Shown here in pieces: positions 8,907-16,514 of a DNA stretch of 64,000 nt. Each line of letters begins with the position of its first letter. Position 1 is the stretch's first letter. Source of the DNA: an uncultured Myxococcales bacterium (GTDB lineage: Bacteria; Myxococcota_A; UBA9042); the NCBI GenBank assembly GCA_903840165.1, contig CAIMEY010000075.1:44365-108364 (forward strand). The letters run 5' to 3'. The translations under genes were made by a program, and so were the position numbers. The notes beneath the pieces were generated by a model. The model had not been told where the DNA came from, searched no databases, and saw only the letters and a program-made list of their open reading frames with translations.

Positions 8907-11639
8907 CTACGCCTGGGCGGTACGCATGGGCCGTCCGGCAGCCGCACGTTCTTCCGGCCAAACGCAGGCTTGCTGGTAGGCGGGCAACGTCGCGTGGGCC
9001 GGACCCCAGGCCACTGCGCCCTGGCGGCGGTCCAAGACCAGAATTTCTCGCTGGGCGAGGTCTTCTAAGGCCGCCTGGAGATTGGGCAAATGCGCGCCCG
9101 GGGCTTCAGTCAACAGGCTGCGGGCCGAGGCATGGCGCGGCGCAAAATCCGGCGAACCTAGGCGTTCGGCCACCGTCAGGTAGTCGCGGGCAATCGGTTC
9201 GAAAATTGCGCGAAGCAGGCCACGCAGTCGCGCATCACGCAGTTCCAACTCGCCGACTTCGCGCTCCGGGGCGTGAAAGCCGTGGTATTGCGTGTGGTGC
9301 TGCACCGCCGGATGGTCTGGCCACAGGGCGCGCGCCTCGGGGTAAAACAGGTGCAACCACTGGTAACGCATACACATTTCGCTGACGTCATCCATGTCGT
9401 CCTCGATGTCCAGGGGACTGTCGATGACTAGGCCGCCCCGCCGTTCCAGCGCATCGCGCAACCACTGTTCGCTGACGCCGGGCAGGCGATTGTGGTGTAA
9501 AAACGCGCGCAAGTGGTGAGTCGTCGTCGCTGTTTTGTCCTGCAGTTCGGCCATGACATCCATGGCTACGCTGCGAGCGTCGGCCTCGGGCGTCATCACC
9601 ACGGGATCGCCACAGGCAATGTGCACTCGGCCCAGATTCACTTGTCCTTGCGCCATCTTCGCTGACCATGCCAGCAGGGCCCTCAGCTGCATGTCCGGCC
9701 GCGCATGGCCACGCAATTCGCGCAGCAGGGAGGCCTCCTCCGGCATCCGGTCGTAGGTCAGGCTAATCGGCAGAATCGTAAACGTTTTCCCGGTTCCTTG
9801 CAGGCAGCGCAGGAGCCCATGGCGCGGCTGGAGAAATTGTCGACTGCGGCTGCGGGCGCCCTCGATGAAGAACTGAATGGTCTGGCCCTGCCCAACCAAG
9901 CCATGAACATGATTGGTTAATTCCTCGTCAATCTTGCCTTGGCCCCGCCGCAAATAGAAGGCCTGCGTCTTCTTGAACAGTTCGCCAAGAATCGGAATCT
10001 TGCTGAACTCTTCGGCCGCGGCGATGTGCGGAATAGCAATACCCAGGTCAGGCCGGGCAAAGAACAGGTAACTGCACAGCAAAAAGTCCATGTAGCTGCG
10101 GTGCGACGGCACAATGACGTGCAGGCTGCCCGGCGCGGTCTGGGCCACGGCGCGCTCAAAGCTCAGGCGATCAAAGGTGACTTCGGACGTGCACTGTCGC
10201 AGTGCCTTGCGCACGGCCAAGGCAAAGGTGCGGATGGCCCAGTTGCCATCGGGCTGGCCCAAGGCGAACTGCAGATCGCCGAGCTGTCCTGGTAACGCCC
10301 CAGCATCTTTGTGTTTTCGGCCCGCCAGGCTCATCTGCGTTTCATCGCGCTTGTACAGGTGGCGGTAAATGCCGCGGCAGCACAGTTCGATGTAGTCCAG
10401 CTTACGGAACAGCGGGTCTTGTAGGGGCTGGGAGGCATCAAACGCAAACGTGTTGCTGGTGAAGTAGGGAAAAGCTTCGTTGATATACTTCAGTTTTTCG
10501 GCAAGTTTGACCACACGTCGCGCCTGCTTGGCTTGGCCGGTGACCTGCATCGCCGTGCGCGCCAGCCGGGTAGGCAGGCGGTGAAGACGCAGTTCGTGGG
10601 CCTTAAACGTCGCGGAAGGATTGAGAATATAGCGGAGCTCGGGCTTGCGGTCGATGGGATACCGGGCAAAGAAGGAGACGATGGCGTCGGCTGATTCGCG
10701 GATGCCGCCGCAGTTCGCCAGACCCGCAACGGCGTGGCGGATTCCCCATTGAATTTGCGGGCCAAAGGCAGCGTCGAGGACACGGTCGCTAACGACGTCG
10801 CAGGGCACAATATCGAGCTTGGCGGCGCTGTGGCCGGTCATCACCCGCATATGCCCAGAACCAATCAGCAAAACGAAGCCGGCAAAGGCGGCGGCACTGT
10901 CGATCCAGCCCGGAAAGGGATGCTGCCAAGTCGCTGAAACAATGGAAGGACGCACGATGCACAGGGGCACGTCGCCGCGATGGCGCTCGAGCAGGTGCTC
11001 GGTGATGCACTTGGTGAAGGTGTAGGTATTGGGATGCCCCGTCTCAGCCAGTAAAACCTTTTCATCGGCGCGGCCTTGCAAGATGGCCTCGTAGACTTCC
11101 TGCGGGTCGCGCACCATGGGCGCGAGGACTTCCTCCACGAACTGCGGCGCCGTTGGGCCTCCCTCATGGCGATGGGGCGTCACGTAGGCCGTTGAAACGC
11201 TGACCATTTGCTTGAGCTTGCCGCAGGTCTTGGCCAGAGTCAGCACGTTGAGCGCGCTGCTAATATTGGCCGCGGCGGCCTCGGCGATAGGCAGGTCGAA
11301 CTCGACGGAGGCGGCGCAGTGGACGACGTGCGTTACTTTCTCGCGTAGCAGCTTCAGATCATTGCGGTTAAGGCCGCATTCCGCTTGGCTGAGTTCCCCC
11401 GTGGCAACCACGCAGCGCTTGACCCAATCGTCTGGAAGTAGGCGAAAAGCCGGCGATTCGGCGGTTTGTGCAAAGCGCTCTTGCGGCGTCTGCCCCTTCT
11501 TGGGGCGAACTAGGACATAGACGGCTTCAATGCCTAACTCTAGGCGTCGACGCATCAATTCCGCCAGAACGACTTTGCCGACAAAGCCAGTAGCGCCGGT
11601 CAGAAGGACGTGGGCATCGCGTACGGGTGCGAATTTCAT
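8907..11639 (-). CDS. Bifunctional fatty acyl-CoA reductase (FAR1-like) / dihydroxyacetone-phosphate acyltransferase (GNPAT-like) fusion
   Basis: N-terminus LLTGATGFVGKVVLAELM, YVLVRPKKGQTPQER, VSTAY, PNTYTFTK, VRPSIVSATWQHPFPGWID match animal FAR1 almost block for block; C-terminus carries the GPAT/DHAPAT motifs HRSYMDFLL and FFIEGARSRS (human GNPAT: HRSYIDFLM, FFLEGTRSRS); ATGA overlap with upstream AGPS. Confidence 0.85.
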   Translation of the reverse strand: MKFAPVRDAHVLLTGATGFVGKVVLAELMRRRLELGIEAVYVLVRPKKGQTPQERFAQTAESPAFRLLPDDWVKRCVVATGELSQAECGLNRNDLKLLREKVTHVVHCAASVEFDLPIAEAAAANISSALNVLTLAKTCGKLKQMVSVSTAYVTPHRHEGGPTAPQFVEEVLAPMVRDPQEVYEAILQGRADEKVLLAETGHPNTYTFTKCITEHLLERHRGDVPLCIVRPSIVSATWQHPFPGWIDSAAAFAGFVLLIGSGHMRVMTGHSAAKLDIVPCDVVSDRVLDAAFGPQIQWGIRHAVAGLANCGGIRESADAIVSFFARYPIDRKPELRYILNPSATFKAHELRLHRLPTRLARTAMQVTGQAKQARRVVKLAEKLKYINEAFPYFTSNTFAFDASQPLQDPLFRKLDYIELCCRGIYRHLYKRDETQMSLAGRKHKDAGALPGQLGDLQFALGQPDGNWAIRTFALAVRKALRQCTSEVTFDRLSFERAVAQTAPGSLHVIVPSHRSYMDFLLCSYLFFARPDLGIAIPHIAAAEEFSKIPILGELFKKTQAFYLRRGQGKIDEELTNHVHGLVGQGQTIQFFIEGARSRSRQFLQPRHGLLRCLQGTGKTFTILPISLTYDRMPEEASLLRELRGHARPDMQLRALLAWSAKMAQGQVNLGRVHIACGDPVVMTPEADARSVAMDVMAELQDKTATTTHHLRAFLHHNRLPGVSEQWLRDALERRGGLVIDSPLDIEDDMDDVSEMCMRYQWLHLFYPEARALWPDHPAVQHHTQYHGFHAPEREVGELELRDARLRGLLRAIFEPIARDYLTVAERLGSPDFAPRHASARSLLTEAPGAHLPNLQAALEDLAQREILVLDRRQGAVAWGPAHATLPAYQQACVWPEERAAAGRPMRTAQA

Positions 11640-13657
11640 ACCAAACCTCCGCCGCTAGCGGCGCTCGATGGCTTGCTTCGGCTGCGCGAGGGGGCCACAC
11701 GGGCCGGTGCGCTGGCAACAGAAGTCTCAGAAGAGTTTGAATTAGCAGGGAGAACGTCGTCGGCAGTGGCCTGGTTGCCACAGCCGAAAATGTTCGTGGG
11801 GTCCACAGCCTGCTTGAGCTGGGCCTGCCACTTGAGCAGCGCCGGCGAGGCGATTTCCGGCAAGAATCGTTGACGAATCTTGCCAATGCCGTGGTGGTGC
11901 GAGAGTGAGCCGCCCTGGGCCAGCACTTCCTGGCGGGCCGCCAGCTCAATCTCGGAGTAAACCTCGGAAGGATGGGCAACGCCCTTGTAATAGAAGGCGA
12001 AATAGAAGTAGACGCAACAACCTGTGTCGTAGATTTGCGTGACGCGACAAGTGACAAACGGCTTGCCCGGCAGACCGCGGGCGGCGTGCTCTGTATATAG
12101 CCGTTTTTTCACGTTTTCGCACAGGGCAATGCATTGGCTCCAGGGCACGCTGGTCTCAAACGACTCAGCGATGACCCAGTGATCCATCACGAAATCGCGG
12201 ATATAGGCGATGCCGAACGTCAGTTGGTAGCCACGCGCGCCATTTTCGCCGCCAGCGGGCAGACCGCCGTGCTTTTTCGCAATGCCGTAGAGCAGTTCCT
12301 CCTGCTGCTGCACTTCGCGCTTGTCGCCCTCAAACACCAGGGTACAAGCCGTCATCTTGCCGGGGTCAAAGCCCTGAAGCTGCGTGACAAAAGCCTTTTC
12401 AATCTTGGACTTGTGCACTTTCCAGCCCTTGTTGGCGGGCTTGAGCGCCTGGCTGAACTGGAACTGCATGTTGTCCACCAACCGCGCACTGGCGGGCCAG
12501 CGGCCGGTCTGGGTGAGCTCGTACATAAAGGCGACGCCGCGCTCAAAATCAGGAAAGATCACTGAGCCATAGCGTTGAACCTCGGGCAGCGGGAACAGCT
12601 TGACGACGGCGCTGGTAATGATGCCCAACTTGCCTTCGGAGCCGAACAGCCACAGGCGCGGGTCGATGCCGACGGACTCGCGCGGGGCGGCCTGGCTGCG
12701 GGTGAGGGTGCCGGCGGCGGTGACCACGGTCATGTCGAGGACGACGTCTTCGATATTGCCGTATTTGTTCTTCTTCATGCCGCTGGCGTGGGTGGCGATC
12801 CAGCCGCCCATGGTCGAGAACTCGACGCTGTCCGGCTCGTGGCCCAGCGTGAACCCGTGTTCGGCGAGCTGGGTCATCAGGTGGCGACCGACCGCGCCGG
12901 CTTCAATGCACGCCATGCGGTTGACGGGGTCGATCCACAAAATCCGATTCATTTTGCCCATGTCCATCGACACGATGCAGCGGTTTTCGTGGTCGGGGCA
13001 GCGCAGCGCGTCGGTCACATTGGTGCCACCGCCGTAGGGGATGAGGACGACGTTGTGCTTGGCCGCGGCTTGGACCAGACGCTCGACTTGGCCTTGATCG
13101 CTGGGCCACACCACAAGGTCGGGAATACGCCCGATTTTTCCGTGGTTGATCGCCCACATTTCTTCTTGGGTATGGCCGTGGCCGCGGCGCAAGCGGTGGC
13201 GACCGTCGACCGACCAAGCCTCATTGCTTAGGAAAGTCTTGATTTCTTCGAGAAATTCATCGCTCAAAACCGGATCGGGTAACACGGGCGGAAACTGCGC
13301 GGGGTTGACGTCGTCCGGCGGCATATCGGCCTCCATGACGTCACGGATCCATGGCAAAAGATTGGGCAATGGCTCGCCACACAGGCTGTAGCGGCTGCCG
13401 GTGAGGACCACGCTGCTGTCGGCACGGGCCTCAAAGCGCGTGTCGGCAAAGCCCCAGGTGGAGTCGCTTTCCGTTTGGTCGTCGCTGATGGTCAAAGGCG
13501 GCGGAACAAATCGTGTTTCCGTGCCATTGGTGTGGATGTTGCCCGGGGCTCCTGCGGGGGCACCTTGCAGGGTTTGGCGCAACTGACGCGCACCAGCCAA
13601 GATCTTGCCACCGACCGCAAGGGCCGGGCCGATATCAAAGGATGCGAACTTACTCAT
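11636..13657 (-). CDS. Alkyl-dihydroxyacetone-phosphate synthase (AGPS; FAD-linked oxidase family) with low-complexity C-terminal tail
   Basis: FAD-binding PCMH-type blocks (VVLIPYGGGTNVTDAL, KKNKYGNIEDVVLDMTVV, LWLFGSEGKLGIITSAVVKL) and C-terminal HHHGIG characteristic of AGPS; first gene of the three-gene ether-lipid operon. Confidence 0.85.
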   Translation of the reverse strand: MSKFASFDIGPALAVGGKILAGARQLRQTLQGAPAGAPGNIHTNGTETRFVPPPLTISDDQTESDSTWGFADTRFEARADSSVVLTGSRYSLCGEPLPNLLPWIRDVMEADMPPDDVNPAQFPPVLPDPVLSDEFLEEIKTFLSNEAWSVDGRHRLRRGHGHTQEEMWAINHGKIGRIPDLVVWPSDQGQVERLVQAAAKHNVVLIPYGGGTNVTDALRCPDHENRCIVSMDMGKMNRILWIDPVNRMACIEAGAVGRHLMTQLAEHGFTLGHEPDSVEFSTMGGWIATHASGMKKNKYGNIEDVVLDMTVVTAAGTLTRSQAAPRESVGIDPRLWLFGSEGKLGIITSAVVKLFPLPEVQRYGSVIFPDFERGVAFMYELTQTGRWPASARLVDNMQFQFSQALKPANKGWKVHKSKIEKAFVTQLQGFDPGKMTACTLVFEGDKREVQQQEELLYGIAKKHGGLPAGGENGARGYQLTFGIAYIRDFVMDHWVIAESFETSVPWSQCIALCENVKKRLYTEHAARGLPGKPFVTCRVTQIYDTGCCVYFYFAFYYKGVAHPSEVYSEIELAARQEVLAQGGSLSHHHGIGKIRQRFLPEIASPALLKWQAQLKQAVDPTNIFGCGNQATADDVLPANSNSSETSVASAPARVAPSRSRSKPSSAASGGGLV

Positions 13658-13975
13658 ATTTACGACCTACCTTGTGCACACTGCTGCACGACCACTGCCA
13701 GGGGAACCCCGCGAAAGGGGACAAAAAGGGGGGAGATAGGGTAGCAGGGATCGGGGCGGGCAACAAGACTCCACTGCGTGTCGGTGTCTGGTCTCCGTTT
13801 TGTCACAGTTTGGTCAAAGGCGCCAGAGGGGCACGCCGAAATTGCGCGAGCCGGTGCGCAGCAACCCTAGGGCAAGGCGCTGAAAAAGCGTCAGCGGTTG
13901 ACCGTAATGCATCCCCGGGACGGTGCCGCAGTTTTGTCACCGCTCGGGCGTCGATTTGGCCTGATCCGTTGTCGA

Positions 13976-14854
13976 TCAAGGCTGAGAACGGGCCGGTGCT
14001 GCCAAGGCCGCAGCGCTCGCAATGGGCGGATCGTCGGTTGCCGGATAGATGCTGGTAATTTCAAGGAGTTGCTTGTGAATGCGCCCATTGCTCGCCAGTG
14101 TGCTGGCCGCGAAGACTTGGTGGGCTTGGCCCTGCATGTCGGTGACTTGGCCCCCAGCTGCCGCGAGGATCGCGCACCCGGCCGTCAAATCCCAAGGCTG
14201 CAGGCCTGGTTCGTAGAAGCCATCGAGGCGACCCGCCGCCAATTCGCACAGGTCCAGCGCCGCCGAACCGCCGCGCCGCACGCAGTGGGCCCGGTTGAGC
14301 GCGCGGCCAAGCCACAGGAGAATCTGCCCCAGGCGCTCGCGTCGATCGTAGGGAAAGCCTGTAGCAATCAAGGCTTTACTGATATCGCCTACCTCAGAGA
14401 CCTGCAGGCGCATGCCGTTGCAAGTCGCCGCAATCCCTTGGCCACCGACGAAAATCTCGCGACGGGCTGGCGCTAGTACCACGCCAAGGACTGGCTGTCC
14501 CAAGTGCAGCAGCCCAATGGACACGCAGAAATTGAGGTGGCTGTGGGCGAAATTCGTTGTCCCATCCAGGGGATCAATGGCCCAGGTGAACGGGATCTCG
14601 GCGACGCGTTGGGCAAGGGCCCGGGCACCATCGCGACCGTCCGCTTCTTCGGCGAGAAAGGTGTCCTGAGGGAAAGCTGCGCGTAATTCTGAGAGAATTG
14701 CTCGCTCTGACTGGCGATCTGCCACAGTCACCAGATCGATCGGCGATTTCTCTTCAATTGCCGTGAGTTTGCCGTAATGCGACATCAGCACCGCACCGGC
14801 CTGTTCGGCAGCCCGGATGGCGATTTTCAGTCGAGATTCAAGTGCTTGCTTCAT
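13976..14854 (-). CDS. Inositol monophosphatase family protein (SuhB/ImpA-like)
   Basis: Motifs FLAEEADG, WAIDPLDGTTNFAHS, metal-binding D residues; ATG at 14854 has GAAGG RBS and avoids overlap with upstream gene (alternative ATG at 14899). Confidence 0.75.
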   Translation of the reverse strand: MKQALESRLKIAIRAAEQAGAVLMSHYGKLTAIEEKSPIDLVTVADRQSERAILSELRAAFPQDTFLAEEADGRDGARALAQRVAEIPFTWAIDPLDGTTNFAHSHLNFCVSIGLLHLGQPVLGVVLAPARREIFVGGQGIAATCNGMRLQVSEVGDISKALIATGFPYDRRERLGQILLWLGRALNRAHCVRRGGSAALDLCELAAGRLDGFYEPGLQPWDLTAGCAILAAAGGQVTDMQGQAHQVFAASTLASNGRIHKQLLEITSIYPATDDPPIASAAALAAPARSQP

Positions 14855-14879
14855 GATCGCCTTCTGTTGCTGCCCCTGC

Positions 14880-15530
14880 CTACTGGACCGGTTGGCCACT
14901 GAGCAAAGCGTGCAGCCGCGGCACTAGATTGGCCAGGGCGCCGTCGCCTTTGACCGAACCTGAAATTCGCCTATCGGTTCCATGCCCTTGGTCATCGGGC
15001 ATCACGAACAGTGGGACCAAATGGGTGTCGTAGCCGGCGGCGATCAGGCGGTCCTTGTCGGCGTCCCAGTCAAAATCGACTAGGACGAGATCGGGAAATT
15101 CGCCTTGTAAAATACCTTGTTCAGCCGCGGCGTGGAATCGTTTACACGGCTCGCACCACGGCGCTCCAACATAGACCAGCAGGGACTCTTTGGGACCTAA
15201 CCTAAGGCGCAATTGCTTCAATTGTTGAGCAACCTCGCCTGCTTGCGGGTGAACAAAGCGCGGACCGACCGTAGCGGGGGCCGGCGTGGGCGCGATCGCG
15301 GGCAGCGAGGTCGTCGCCGACGGTGTTGGTAAAGCTGTCTTTTGTATTTGAACTACAGGTGGTTGGCGCTCTTTCGCCGCCGGCGGATGCCGATCGCAAG
15401 CCAGCAGGGTGGTCAAGCTCAGCCCCGTGAGCCAGCGCGCTCCTTGAGTCCACTGCCGGCGCGTTGCAGCGCCAGAGGCTTGGGGCCGATGCAGCGGTTG
15501 TTCAAGCAATTTCAAGACGTTTTCCATCAT
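14880..15530 (-). CDS. Thioredoxin-fold lipoprotein (TlpA/thiol-disulfide oxidoreductase-like)
   Basis: Only the C-terminal ~215 codons of the 500-aa ORF are protein-like: lipobox LTTLLAC, then VYVGAPWCEPCKRF (WCxxC thioredoxin motif). Start set at ATG 15530; the remaining upstream ORF is Arg-rich noise. Confidence 0.5.
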   Translation of the reverse strand: MMENVLKLLEQPLHRPQASGAATRRQWTQGARWLTGLSLTTLLACDRHPPAAKERQPPVVQIQKTALPTPSATTSLPAIAPTPAPATVGPRFVHPQAGEVAQQLKQLRLRLGPKESLLVYVGAPWCEPCKRFHAAAEQGILQGEFPDLVLVDFDWDADKDRLIAAGYDTHLVPLFVMPDDQGHGTDRRISGSVKGDGALANLVPRLHALLSGQPVQ

Positions 15531-15665
15531 AGCCGGGGCGCGACGGCCCCACCTCCGGGGCACCAAGAGCGAGCTACCTTGCCGAAATTCGACCGCCTCC
15601 GCTAGTCTTGTCCCAAGCGAACTGCCGGTTCGCACGGTCTCCCTCCCCTTCGCGAGGAACTGCCC

Positions 15666-16505
15666 ATGCCCGCGCCCCAAGCCGCCATGCTCAAGAATAT
15701 GGCCCGCGCCATGTTCAAGGCCCATGCCATTCAACTCCCTGTAAACTGGCAACAACCCAGTGGAAAAGCGGGAGAGCAGTACGTTGACGCGTTCAAGCCG
15801 TCCGAGCGTGCCGTGCCGCCCGATCCTTCCGCGCTGTTTATTCCGGCGTCGCCCAACAAGTACCATGTCGACACGGCCAACTCGATCAGCAACAAATTCG
15901 GGACGTTTATCGACGGCGTTTGCGACGCTGTAGCTCAAGCCTGGGGACAATTTCACTCCATGGCGATGCTGACAGGCATTGTGATCAATGGTCCGGTTGC
16001 TGCCGGAGGGACCTTGGTCGGCCCGCCTTTGACGCCGCTGATCATTGCCTCGGCGCCCAAGGCAACAGCCAATGAAATCAAGTACTCCAAGACGATCGCG
16101 ACGGTGATTGGCACCGCGTTTACCCAGTGGCAGAACGCGGTGAAGGTGCCTGGCCTGCCGTGGTATCCAGCGTTTGCGCTGTTTCCTTCGCCGATGGCGC
16201 CACCAATGCCCAATATTCCCACGCCTTTGGTGGCCATTGGTGCGGCGGGCATGTCCTCGATGATGGATTCGGCGTTGTCGGGGCAAATGACCAGCCAACT
16301 CGGCGATCCGCAGGCGCAGCATCACAAAGAACTGTTTGATTCGATTGCCAAAGCCGTGTTTTCCACCTTCACCCTCTGGCACACCACGACGATGGTCAAT
16401 AACGTCCTCGGCATGGGACCGGTGCCGACCTTTGCGCCGCCTTTTGTGCCCGCGGGGCCGGTCCTGTGCGGCAACAACATCCCAGTGCCTGGAATTCTCG
16501 GCTGA
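15666..16505 (+). CDS. Hypothetical protein (Pro/Ala-rich, no signal peptide)
   Basis: GAGGAA RBS 6 nt before the ATG; consistent high-GC third-position usage; no recognisable domain. Confidence 0.5.
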   Translation: MPAPQAAMLKNMARAMFKAHAIQLPVNWQQPSGKAGEQYVDAFKPSERAVPPDPSALFIPASPNKYHVDTANSISNKFGTFIDGVCDAVAQAWGQFHSMAMLTGIVINGPVAAGGTLVGPPLTPLIIASAPKATANEIKYSKTIATVIGTAFTQWQNAVKVPGLPWYPAFALFPSPMAPPMPNIPTPLVAIGAAGMSSMMDSALSGQMTSQLGDPQAQHHKELFDSIAKAVFSTFTLWHTTTMVNNVLGMGPVPTFAPPFVPAGPVLCGNNIPVPGILG

Positions 16506-16514
16506 TATCGCCGA

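Noticed and set aside
14880-16382. 500-aa ORF as one gene
   Set aside because: The upstream 280 codons are Arg/Gly-rich noise overlapping the + strand gene 15666-16505. Only the C-terminal thioredoxin-like lipoprotein (15530-14880) is credible. The same reasoning applies to the N-terminal extensions of ORFs 22124-23017, 52779-54002 and 58942-60627.
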